64,000 nt of DNA from the NCBI RefSeq assembly GCF_018977255.1, contig NW_024704743.1, forward strand, positions 46,006,001 to 46,070,000. The letters run 5' to 3'. Position numbers and translations under genes: made by a program. Below the pieces are notes generated by a model that worked only from the letters and a program-made list of their open reading frames with translations, was not told the origin of the DNA and made no database searches. The first letter of the stretch is position 1. The number at the start of each line of letters is the position of its first letter. Positions 25,099 through 37,212 of the stretch are shown here, one piece after another. The stretch is from Callorhinchus milii (lineage: Eukaryota).

Positions 25099-28000
25099 CA
25101 CAGTCACTACACCCCTCCCTCACACAGTCACTACACCCCCCCACACAGTCACTACACCCCACACAGTCACTACACCCCCCACACAGTCACTACACCCCTC
25201 CCTCACACAGTCACTACACCCCCCCACACAGTCCACTCACCCCCCCACACAGCAGTCACTGCACCCCCCCACACACACTGTCACTACACCTCTCCCCACA
25301 CAGTCACTACACCCCCACACACAGTCACTACACCACCCTCCCTCCCCCCACACAGTCTCTAAACCCCCCACCCACACACAGTCACTACATCCCCCACCCA
25401 CACACAGTCACTACACCAACCCACACACAGTCACGACACCCCCCCACACAGTCACTACACCCCCCCACACACAGTCACTACACCCCGCTCAGTCACTACA
25501 CCCCCCCACACGCAGTCACTACAACACCCCCACAGTCACTACATTCCCCCCCACAGAATCACTACACCCCCCACACAGACACTACAACCCCTCCACACAG
25601 TCACTACAACCCTACCACACAGTCACTACACCCCTCCCTCACACAGTCACTACACCCCACACAGAGTCACTACACCCCTCACGCAGTCACTACACCCCCC
25701 ACACAGTTCACTACACCCCTCCCTCACACAGTCACTACACATCCCCACACAGTCCACTACACCACCCCCCCACAGTCACTATACCCCCACACAGTCACTA
25801 CACCCCCCACCACACAGTCACTACACTCCCCCCCCACACAGTCACTACAACCCCTCCCTCACACAGTCACTACACATCCCCACACAGTCACTACACCACC
25901 CCCCACAGTCACTATACCCCCCCACACAGTCACTACACCCCCCCACACAGTCACTACACCCCCCCACACAGTCACTACACCCCCCTACAACACAGTAACG
26001 ACACACCCCCACACAGTCACCACACCTCCTTCCACACAGTCACTACACCCCCCCCACACACAGTCACTACACCACCCCCACAGTCACTACACTCCCCCCC
26101 ACAGTCACTACACTCCCCCACACAGTCACTACACCCCCCCCACCACACAGTCCACTACACCACCCCCACAGTCACTACACTCCCCCCCACACAGTCACTA
26201 CACGCCCCTCGCACCCACAGTCACTACAACCCCTCCACACAATCACTACACCCCTTCCCCACACAGTCACTACACCCCACACAGTCACTACACCCCCCCA
26301 CACAGTCACTACAGCCCCCACACAGTCACTACACCCCACAGTCACAACAACCCCCACAGTCACTACACCCCACACAGTCACTACACCCCTCCCCCACAGT
26401 CACTACACTCCCACACACAGTCACTACACTCCCCCCCCACACAGTCACTACAACCCACTCCTCTCTCACACAGTCACTACACACCCCCCACACAGTCAAT
26501 ACACCCCCCACAGTCACTATATACCCCCTCACACAGTCACTACAACCCCCCCACACAGTCACTACACCCCCCCAACACAGTCACTACACCCCCCCACACA
26601 GTCACTACCCCCCCAACACAGTCACTACACCCCCCCACAGAGTCACTACACCCCCCCAACACAGTCACTACACCCCACAGAGTCACTACACCCCTCCCCA
26701 CACAGTCACTACACCCCCTTCCACACAGTCACTACACCCCCCACACACAGTCACTACACCCCACGCACAGTCACTACACCCCCCCCACACACAGTCACTA
26801 CACCCCCCGCACAGTCACTACACCCCCCCCCACACACAGTCACTACACCACCCCCACAGTCACTACACTCCCCCCCACACAATCACTACACCCCCCACAC
26901 AGTCACTACACGCCCCTCGCACCCACAGTCACTATAACCCCTCCACACAGTCACTACACCCCTCCCTCACAGTCACTACACCCCCCCACCACAGTCACTA
27001 CACCCCTCCCCCAACAGTCACTACCCCCCCACACAGTCACTACACCCACACAGTCACTACACCCCCCACACAGTCACTACATCCCTCCCTCACACAGTCA
27101 CTACACACCCCCACACAGTCACTACACCCCCCCACACAGTCACTACACCCCCCCACACAGTCACTGCCCCCCACACAGTCACTACATCCCTCCCTCACAC
27201 AGTCACTACACACCCCCACTGTCACTACACCTCTCCCCACACAGTCACTACACCCCCACACACGTCACTACACCACCCTCCCTCCCCCACACAGTCTCTA
27301 AACCCCCCACCCACACACAGTCACTACACCCAACCCACACACAGTCACGACACCCCCCCACACAGTCACTACACCCCCCCACACACAGTCACTACACCCC
27401 CGCTCAGTCACTACACCCCCCACACGCAGTCACTACAACACCCCCACAGTCACTACACTCCCCCACACAGTCACTACACTCCCACACAGTCACTACAACC
27501 CCTCCACACAGTCACTACAACCCTACCACACAGTCACTACACCCCTCCCTCACACAGTCACTACACCCCACACAGAGTCACTACACCCCTCACGCAGTCA
27601 CTACACCCCCCACACAGTCACTACACCCCTCCCTCACACAGTCACTACACATCCCCACACAGTCACTACACTCACCCACCACAGTCACTATACTCCCCCA
27701 CACAGTCACTACACCCCCCACACAGTCACTACACCCCCCCCACACAGTCACTACACCCCCCCACACGCAGTCACTACACCCCCCTACACACACAGTAACG
27801 ACACACCCCCACACAGTCACCACACCTCCTTCCACACAGTCACTACACCCCCCCCACACACAGTCACTACACCACCGCCCACAGTCACTACACCACCGCA
27901 CAGTCACTACACCCCCGCGCACACAGTCACTACACCACCGCACACAGTCACTACACCCCCCCCACACAGTCACTACACCCCCCACACAGTCACTACACCA

Positions 28001-28670
28001 CCCCCACAGTCACTATACCCCCCACACAGTCACTACACGCCCCCAAGGTCACTACACGCCCCCCACACAGTCACTACACCCAACCCACACACAGTCACTA
28101 CACCACCACCGCAGTCACTACACTCCCCCCACACAGTCACTACACACCCCACACAGTCACTACACCACCCCCCACAGTCACTATACCCCCCCACACAGTC
28201 ACTACACGCCCCCCAAGGTCACTACACGCCCCCCACACAGTCACTACACCGCCCCCACACAGTCACTACACTCCCCCCCACACTGTCACTACACCTCCCC
28301 CCACACAGTCACTACACCACCCGCACACACAGTCACTACACCACCCGCACAGTCACTACACCACCCTCCCTCCCCCCACACAGTCTCTAAACCCCCCACC
28401 CCACACTGTCACTACATCCTCCCACCCACACACAGTCACTACACCCAACCCACACACAGTCACTACAGCCCCCCACCACACAGTCATTGCACCCCCCCAA
28501 CACAGTCACTACACCGCCCCCACACAGTCACTACACTCCCCCCTCACACAGTCACTACACCCCCTCACACAGTCACTTCACACCCCCCCACATACAGTCA
28601 CTTCATCCCTCCCACACTGTCACTGCACACACCCCTTTACACAGTCACTACGCACACACACAGTCACTAC
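25099..28670. repeat. Minisatellite CACAGTCACTACAC(C)n with higher-order repeats
   Basis: Directly visible; the variant marker CAGTCTCTAAACCCCC recurs at about 25353, 27292 and 28381. Confidence 0.95.
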
Positions 28671-28940
28671 AAACACACACCCTCGCACAGTTACTACACT
28701 CACACACCCTCACACAGTTACTACACTCACACACCCTCACACAGTTACTACACTCACACACCTCACACAGTTACTACACTCACACACCCTCGCACAGTTA
28801 CTACACTCACACACCCTCACACAGTTACTACACTCACACACCCTCGCACAGTTACTACACTCACACACCCTCACACAGTTACTACACTCACACACCCTCA
28901 CACAGTTACTACACTCACACACCCTCACACAGTTACTACA
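28671..28940. repeat. 25-bp minisatellite CACAGTTACTACACTCACACACCCT
   Basis: About 10 visible tandem copies. Confidence 0.93.
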
Positions 28941-29044
28941 TACCTCCAACCCCCACACACACACCAGATACACACAGGACCCTCAGCACTGCCCACATCA
29001 CTCACCCACCAGATCTACGTACACACTTTGCCCCCAACCCCATA

Positions 29045-30655
29045 TCCCCCAACCCCTCACGTCCCCCCGGCCCCTCACGTACCCCCCAACCCCATACCCC
29101 CCAACCCCTCACGTACCCCCCAACCCCTCACGTACCCCCAACCCCTCACGTCCCCCCAACCCCTCACGTCCCCCCAACCCCTCACGTCCCCCCCAACCCC
29201 TCACGTCCCCCGGCCCCTCACGTCCCCCGGCCCCTCACGTCCCCCCGAACCTCTCACGTCCCCCCGGCCCCTCACGTCCCCCCGGCCCCTCACGTCCCCC
29301 GGCCCTCACGTCCCCCGGCCCCTCACGTCCCCCCGGCCCCTCACGTCCCCCGGCCCCTCACGTCCCCCCGGCCCCTCACGTCCCCCCGGCCCCTCACGTC
29401 CCCCCAACCCCTCACGTCCCCCCGGCCCCTCACGTCCCCCCGGCCCCTCACGTACCCCCAACCCCTCACGTCCCCCGGCCCCTCACGTCCCCCCGGCCCC
29501 TCACGTACCCCCAACCCCTCACGTCCCCCGGCCCCTCACGTCCCCCGGCCCCTCACGTCCCCCCGGCCCCTCATGTCCCCCCCAACCCCTCACGTACCCC
29601 CCAACCCCTCACGTCCCCCCCGGCCCCTCACGTCCCCCCGGCCCCTCACGTCCCCCGGCCCCNNNNNNNNNNNNNNNNNNNNNNNNNTCACGTCCCCCGG
29701 CCCCTCACGTCCCCCCAACCCCTCACGTCCCCCGGCCCCTCACGTCCCCCCGAACCCCTCACGTCCCCCGGCCCCTCACGTCCCCCGGCCCCTCACGTCC
29801 CCCGGCCCCTCACGTCCCCCCGGCCCCTCACGTCCCCCCGGCCCCTCACGTCCCCCGGCCCCTCACGTCCCCCCGGCCCCTCACGTCCCCCCAACCCCTC
29901 ACGTCCCCCGGCCCCTCACGTCCCCCCGGCCCCTCACGTCCCCCCGGCCCCTCACGTCCCCCCGGCCCCTCACGTCCCCCCAACCCCTCACGTACCCCCC
30001 GGCCCCTCACGTCCCCCGGCCCCTCACGTCCCCCCGGCCCCTCACGTCCCCCGGCCCTCCCGTCCCCCGGCCCCTCACGTCCCCCCGGCCCCTCACGTCC
30101 CCCGGCCCCTCACGTACCCCCAACCCCTCACGTACCCCCCGGCCCCTCACGTCCCCCCGGCCCCTCACGTCCCCCGGCCCCTCACGTCCCCCGGCCCCTC
30201 CCGTCCCCCCGGCCCCTCACGTCCCCCGGCCCCTCACGTCCCCCAACCCCTCACGTCCCCCCGGCCCCTCACGTCCCCCGGCCCCTCCCGTCCCCCCGGC
30301 CCCTCACGTCCCCCCGGCCCTCACGTCCCCCCGGCCCCTCACGTCCCCCCGGCCCCTCACGTCCCCCGGCCCCTCACGTCCCCCGGCCCCTCACGTCCCC
30401 CAACCCCTCACGTCCCCCGGCCCCTCACGTCCCCCCGGCCCTCACGTCCCCCGGCCCCTCACGTCCCCCCGGCCCCTCACGTCCCCCCGGCCCCTCACGT
30501 CCCCCCCAACCCCTCACGTCCCCCCGGCCCCTCACGTCCCCCGGCCCCTCACGTCCCCCCAACCCCTCACGTCCCCCGGCCCCTCACGTCCCCCGGCCCC
30601 TCACGTCCCCCCGGCCCCTCCCGTCCCCCCGGCCCCTCACGTCCCCCCGGCCCCC
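29045..30655. repeat. GC/CpG-rich minisatellite CCCCTCACGTCCCCC(C)GG / CCCCTCACGTCCCCCCAA (17-18 bp), with a 25-N assembly gap at 29663-29687
   Basis: Directly visible. Confidence 0.97.
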
Positions 30656-30686
30656 CACCTCTCTCGCTCACTGGCTTTCTGTTCAG

Positions 30687-30770
30687 TGTAGCCTGTGCGG
30701 TGTCCGCAGTTCCTCGGTGATGTGGTATCAGGGAGGGGAGGCGGGTGTTTAGGGAAGCAGAGAGGTGGGC
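30687..30770 (+). other. Candidate second 5'UTR exon of ZCWPW2
   Basis: Branch-like GCTCAC, then ggctttctgttcag acceptor (AG 30685-30686) and GTGAGT donor at 30771 (alternative GTGGGC at 30765). Confidence 0.35.
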
Positions 30771-30889
30771 GTGAGTTTGAAAAACCTGTCGGAGGTTGTG
30801 GTAGAAGAGGTATGAGGAGGGAGACTGGAGTTTGGAAATGGCTGAAATGACAGTAGTTTCTATATTAGAGCAACAAAGACTTTTCTCCC

Positions 30890-31146
30890 CCTTAGCGGTA
30901 AGTAGGAACCCGGTTGTTAGTCGATTGGCAGATCACTTTTCCGGGGGCATTAATCCCTTAAAAAAAAATGATAATTCGGTCACTCAATCCACGACTGTTT
31001 GTGGGACACTGCTGAGCGAAATTGGCTGCTGCGTTTCGACCACAAAATATACAGTCAATTCAATTTACAGCATATTCTGCGAAGCTCTTTGAGCCGTCTC
31101 GAACACGTGATAAGGCATTACGTCAAATGCAAGGATTATTATTATT
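30890..31146 (+). mobile_element. 5'-truncated tRNA-SINE
   Basis: Same body and tail as the other copies; head absent. Confidence 0.85.
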
Positions 31147-31382
31147 AAAAAAACTACGACAGCCACCCTGTTAAAAAGGGAATATCTTCATTATTTAAAA
31201 TGATTGGTTTAGCTCTGTTCTGCCTTCGTTGTCAAAATTCTTCACAATTTTATTGCCGCCCAGAAATGCGTCTCTCACTATTCCCTGAAGTGAAAGATGC
31301 GACATCAAATGTAAGAATTATTATTACTTTATTTCATGCTATCTTTTGTTTGTGCAGGATTTGTTCAAAGTTTTGGAAAGAA

Positions 31383-31678
31383 ATGGAGGAGAAAATAATG
31401 AATCTTATTATCAAATATTATGGAGACAAGGTTTGGATCCAGTGTGAATTTGAGAATTGCTTGAAATGGAGGATTTTGACAAGTGAAGATGCCTCAGTTG
31501 TGGATTCAAATAAACCATGGTATTGTAATATGAATCCTAATTCCTCATTTAGCAGCTGTTCTGTGGCTGAAGAGAGATACCCAGAGGAGTCTGCATTTCA
31601 CAAATACGGACTAAAGCTTGTCTACTCACAACTTCCTTTAGGGAGTTTGGTTTTGGCTAAGATGTCTGGATGGCCCAG
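31383..31678 (+). CDS. ZCWPW2: ZCWPW2 first coding exon: zf-CW domain and start of PWWP (exon begins at 31358)
   Basis: MEEKIMNLIIKYYGDKVWIQCEFENCLKWRILTSEDASVVDSNKPWYCNMNPNSSFSSCSVAEE...LVYSQLPLGSLVLAKMSGWP. CW finger pattern W-x-Q-C...C-x-K-W-R...W-x-C...C followed by the PWWP start; acceptor tttgtgcag, donor AG|gtgaga (phase 2). Confidence 0.93.
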
Positions 31679-34024
31679 GTGAGATATGTCTCTTTGGTAA
31701 TATGTCTTCACAATAATAATACTGTATGTTTGGCCTTAAAGCAGCTCTGACTTGAACAATACACTTGGCTCCAGTATAAACCGAAAACACGTGACAAGTA
31801 GCACAAAATTATGATAAAGCTGTGGGTGACGAGGTAATATGTGGATTATTGTCTATTTTATGAATTTAAATATCGCATTGCTGATTTGCTGTTTCATTTT
31901 CAAACAAATATATGCTTCTGGTCACATTTGTTATAATTTGGAAGATTTTGGTCCTAAAGCCCTCGCAACTGTTCTATAAAATATTTGGTCACACGTGTAC
32001 TCTGCCAGGTCATGCAAGAAAAAAAGCTTGATGTTCAATTTGGATTACTTACAGGAGTTAAATTTCCAATGCATGTGCTTCGGAAACAACAACAACTTGC
32101 ATTTATATAGTGTCCCTCACGCAGCGTATCATCCCAGAACACGTGAGAGTGGCAGAGCGCAGGCAAATTTTGATGTATTTAAAATTTAAACTTAGTTTGA
32201 TTCCCTCACCAATTTTCTTCATTACCTCTTCCCTTGAAGATGTTTGTCTCCTTTTCTTTGGTCGGGGTAACTTACATTCCCTGATAACAAAAAATACCCG
32301 GATAAGCAGAACCATATTAAGATGCACCCCATTTATTTTTCTAGATTGAAACTCATAACTGCTCATATTGACCATGTATTGAGCAGCACAAATGTTTCAA
32401 CACGAGCGCGATAGATCACTCCCATTGCAGTATGTTTTATACTGGTATCTGTGTAGAGGTGCGGTATTGTAAACATATCCTGGACTCCAAAAGGCGACAT
32501 ACCAACTGTGTCTGCTTCTGCATTTCTGCTGCAGTTGATTCTTGTGTGCAGTACCTCATCAAAATGCAGATGGAGGCAGCAGCTGTACCAATCCACTATG
32601 AATGTACTTGAACGATCAGCACAAGATAGACTGGTTGAGGTACCCATGGAAGTCTGAGAATAATCAAAGTAGGGCTTAATACACGATGAGGTATGCTAAC
32701 GCCAGCAAACTTTTCAGTAGGCAAGTGGGAGACCAACAATTCACTGGCGTAAGAGAGCAGATGTTTTAGACTTAAGTTCAGTGAACTCCGAAGTACCAAT
32801 CCCAGATTCTAGAAACAAATGACAAATAAATCAATTTAGAAGATTCTCTAGTTATCGGTTTATGACCTTGTTGACAATATTATACTGCTCTCCCCTAGTC
32901 GGTAAGACACACAGTACGAAGATTAATAACATTACAGACAAGTGAAGAATAATTTCTTGCTAAATTTAAGTTGGGAATAGCATTAGGATTCTTGGAAATC
33001 TGCGACTTGGGCTCAGTTTTTTGGAAAAACAATTTGTGATTGTTGATTTAAATGGATTAAATTGAAATTATGATGATTTTAATACACTTGTAAATTTCCC
33101 TTTCTTTTATACTTTGTTCAAGGAAAAGAAGGGAGAATGTATAAGTTATCTGTATGAACATGGTATGGTGCGGAATTTGCTTTTTTCAGAATTGACAATT
33201 TTTTTCCAGGCTAAAGTGAGTGTAGGAAACACAAACATATAGTGTACAGTATAGGAAACAACATATTTTTGATTTCCAGTTATCATCATCCATGAAGCAA
33301 GCACCAGCTCAAATATATCCACTGTGTGAGGTATAGATCTTGTGTGGATACACAAGATAAACCATTTTAGATTCATGAAGAAGGGAGTAGGAGAGTTTGG
33401 AGAGGGATCCAGTGCAGGATTGTAAAGTGTGGATATTAATCTTTTTTAAAATTGGTCATATCAGCAACAATAAGACTTACATTTGATGTAGCATCTTTCA
33501 CATTGGAAGGATATTCAAAGCACATCACAGGATTTGCTGTAAGGTGTTTCACTGTAAACTGTTCTCTGTTGGCGAACGTATTCTAGAAGGGTGAGATCAA
33601 ATGGCCAATCCGCCTTTTTCATATGTATTTCTTTTGTGATGTGAATAATTTCCATTTGAAAAGCTCACATAAACAACCCGTGGCCTCCCTTTCCTCTCCT
33701 CCAGGCCTATATATTTACCAACACCCGCTCACCAATGCTTGTCGGCAAGCAGAAAACTCCTTGGTAATCCGCCACCATGCACTATGGAAACTGCTGGCTA
33801 TTGATAACAGTGTGATGGCTCTTCAACACAGTATATTCAACCAATCTATTGTGGCTATCACCAGAGAGCATGAAGTGTGACTGGAAAATGATTATATGAT
33901 TGTCTTGGATTTAGAGAAATTAATTTCAGATTTGTGCACTTGTATCAGCAGACAAACAGAATAAATGTAGGAACTTCTATATTTAGGAATTTTTAAAGAT
34001 CTAACTTATAGTAACTGGCTTAAT

Positions 34025-34655
34025 AACGACAACAACAATTTGCATATAGTGCCCTTCACACAGGGTAGCATCCCGGAGTACTTTACAGTGGCGAAGTCTA
34101 ACGACGAGGGAGGGGGGAGGTGACCGTAAACACATTCAGAAAGGAAGATCTTCAGTCGGGATTTGGAGGTGGGGAGGGAGGGGGCAAGGCGGAGGGATTG
34201 AGGGAGAGAGTTCCAGAGTTTCGGAGCGTAGTGGCTGAAGGCACGGCCACCAATGGTGGAACGGAGGGCCTGAGGGCCAAATAGGAGACTGGAGCCAGCC
34301 GAGTGGAGGCAGCAGGTGATGGAGTGGAGGGTGGGGGGTTGCAGATCGGATAGGTAGGGAAGTGTGAGGGTATGAAGTGATTTGAAAATGCGTGTGAGCT
34401 TCTTGAAATTGATCTGTCTGGTGATCGGAAGCCAGTGGAGCCTGGCAAGGACTGGTGTGATGGGGGAACGAGTTTCATGCAGGTGAGTATCCGGGCGGTG
34501 GAGTTTTTAATTAATTGAATTTTGTGTACGATGGAGCTGGAGGGCGTTGGAGGAGGGCATTGGAATAATCCAGCTGGGAAGTGACGAAGGAGTGGACGAG
34601 AGTTTCAGCTGCGTCGGCTATGAGGTATGGACGGAGGCGATCAATGTGGTGGAAA
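34025..34655 (-). mobile_element. L2 LINE 3' fragment
   Basis: Same C-terminal motifs and tail as 11903-12865. Confidence 0.87.
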
Positions 34656-37084
34656 AATATGACGGAGAAATACAGTAAAATGTGGAAAAGGAGAATTTAT
34701 CTAGAATAAAATGAAATAATCAACATTATTTTGGTTCTTTTGCGACAAGAGTGCTGGAAACGCAACTCTTTACAATTCACTTCAAGTATTATTTTTTTCA
34801 TTTTATTATTTTAATTTAAAATAATTGACATTGATATCTTATTAACCTGATGGAAGGTGATAGTCTGTCTCATATAGCATGTTGATAAATGGATGTACAA
34901 ATCAGTAAATTAGTAGCACTAAGCTAATTGCAAAACACTGTACAGTATATTCAGAAGCAAGCACCACCATATAATTTATTCCAGATTGACCTGACTGAAA
35001 CAATTGAATAAACTGAGATTGCTCTGTCCAAAGTAACAAATTAAATCACAGTTCTTACTCAGAAATAATAATCTCCTTGCTTGTCAATATGCCTTCTCAT
35101 CTGTGTAATAGTTGCTCCTATGGACTTTAACAAGACCTTAACAATTTAACTTTTTCTTCTTTATTGCTGCTAATTTTAAAGCTACTTTGGAAATGGAGCT
35201 GGTGGGTGGCCCTATAAAAAAAATCGCTTGTACAATTACCTGGACTTCCATCTATGTTATAGCAATATTCGTGACCTGAGCAGTTCTTGTTTTCAATCTC
35301 CGCAGCTAAACCCTAAAATCCCCAGCCTCCTGGAAACTATAATGGAAAGGTTTCCTTGACACACAATTCAATTTGTTTCAACATTGAGTGAGCATGGAAT
35401 TGGTATGATGTGAATTGCTAGCAATGTAATTTAATTTAAAATATTCATTATTGTCAATGTGGAAGTACAATTGATGCAAAACATTACAATTTTCTATAGC
35501 AAATTACATACATGATGTGCTCGTGCTATAAATTTGTTGCATTTTGTACTTGATAGTGATGGACTTTGTACTTTAAAGTACAGTGGTAATTCGTACAACA
35601 TGAGGGTCTTTCATATGGAGTTTAAAAAAAATCTAGTGTGGAATTAAAAACAAATGTAGTTTATTTTTCTTCAGACTGAATTTGTGCCATTTATTATGAT
35701 AATGAAGTAGCTAAGGATACAAACCCACTCAGTATGTCACTGATAGATTAAGTTCTTGTAGCTGGGATGACTTCATGAATTTCAATTTGTGGAATAAATT
35801 GATTATTTCCTGATTAGCTTTGAAATGTATGTGTGCATCCATTTGTAAGGTTCACCATGGCAAAATTAGGATTGGGAAATTAAAATTAGTCTTGTCGGGC
35901 TCACTATTGGCTATATTTCTTGGACAAATAATACATATTCTCTATTTCTCTAATTTGTCGTTAAACAAGTAGTGTTAGTAGAATTCAGAAATCATGCATG
36001 ATATTATATCTTCAAAATAAAATGCATTTTTCAACAATTCATTATGTTGATGAATGCTCTTGAAATCATAGAAATACAGTTGAATTATTACAACTTGCTC
36101 ATGCTAGTGCTTATACTCCACATGAGCCTCTCGCCCTCCTAATACTTATTCCCATAGCCGTCTATTTCCTCTTCCCTTTTGTGTGCATTGAGTTTCCTTC
36201 TTCAATACATTAATACTTTCTGTTTTAACTGCAACTTTCAGCGTGGGGTCCACATTCTCATGACCGCTCTGTGTAAAGAAGATCCTTCTAAACTTCCTTT
36301 TGGATCTGCTTGCGGCAGTCTTCTATACATGTCCCCTCATTTTAGACAAAGCAACAATTGGAAAGTGTCTATTTATGTCGATTTTCGGATCATTTCATAA
36401 ACGGCTGAATTTTGTTCCTCTCAATTGTTTGATTTCCAGGGAAAAAAGCTCTTGTTGTCCAATTTTTCTTGATGGCTGTATCCACTCATTCTATGTTGCA
36501 ATCATTCCATTGCTACAGTATCCTTCTTGTAATATGCAACCAGAACTGCGCACAGTAGCACTTCACTTGATTTGCTTTAAAGTGTAGTGACTGTGCATCA
36601 ATAAGGCAAATGTATTAGCGATGTGCAGCCATTGGGTCAATGTTCCTGCAAACGCAATGCAATCCAACTCATTTTAATATTAACTGCAAATGTTTTTTTC
36701 ATGAGGGAGAAAATTATATACGATATGCATTTAAATTTTGTTTGGGATTAATTTGGGTTGTGTTGCCACCAGTTATAATTTTGAAGGCTTTTAAAGAACT
36801 GAATGAAACTTTGATTTGTACATGCATTTTATGTAAATAACCCTGATGAACTTGAACTGCTCNTTTTTTTGTGGGTGTCACAACCATTAAAACCAGGTTT
36901 AACAATACACACTTGTTAATATTAATAGGTGTAGTTTTAATAATTTAGTCTTTTTTTGGAAACCTGACAGCATCATTTTTGCTGGCAGAACAATAGCCAA
37001 TTTAATCAAATGTAGATTATCCTATTTTTAGATTCAAATAATACACAGTAGTACAGTAAGATTACACAACCAAGGTTAAAAAAT

Positions 37085-37212
37085 CAGACGACAGGTCATC
37101 GACCTGAAACGTTAACTTACTTTCTTCTCTCCATAGATGCTGCCTGACCTGCTGAGCGTTCTCAGCAACTTCTGCTTTTATTTCAGATATACATCATCTA
37201 CAGTATTTTCCC
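37085..37212 (+). mobile_element. Penelope-like element terminal-repeat fragment with a degenerate hammerhead motif
   Basis: CAGACGA-CAGGTC-ATC-GACCTG-AAACGTTAAC...CTCTCCATAGATGCTGCCTGACCTGCTGAG resembles a common chondrichthyan Penelope-type repeat (from memory). Confidence 0.55.

Noticed and set aside
18637..25362. 2241-aa His/Thr-rich ORF and overlapping 583-aa ORF
   Set aside because: They arise from C/A-rich satellites that lack stop codons; multiple frames are open and there is no domain content.
22283..28670. PRDM9 hotspot motifs (CCTCCCT-like) in the satellites next to ZCWPW2
   Set aside because: PRDM9 specificity is species- and allele-specific, and C-rich repeats match such motifs by chance.
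18805..30655. CRISPR-like repeat/spacer appearance of the arrays
   Set aside because: The spacers are just variable CA or C tracts, not unique sequences; vertebrate context and no cas genes.
28487..30752. 734-aa and 574-aa Pro-rich ORFs
   Set aside because: Translations of the CCCCTCACGTCCCCCGG minisatellite, spanning an N gap.
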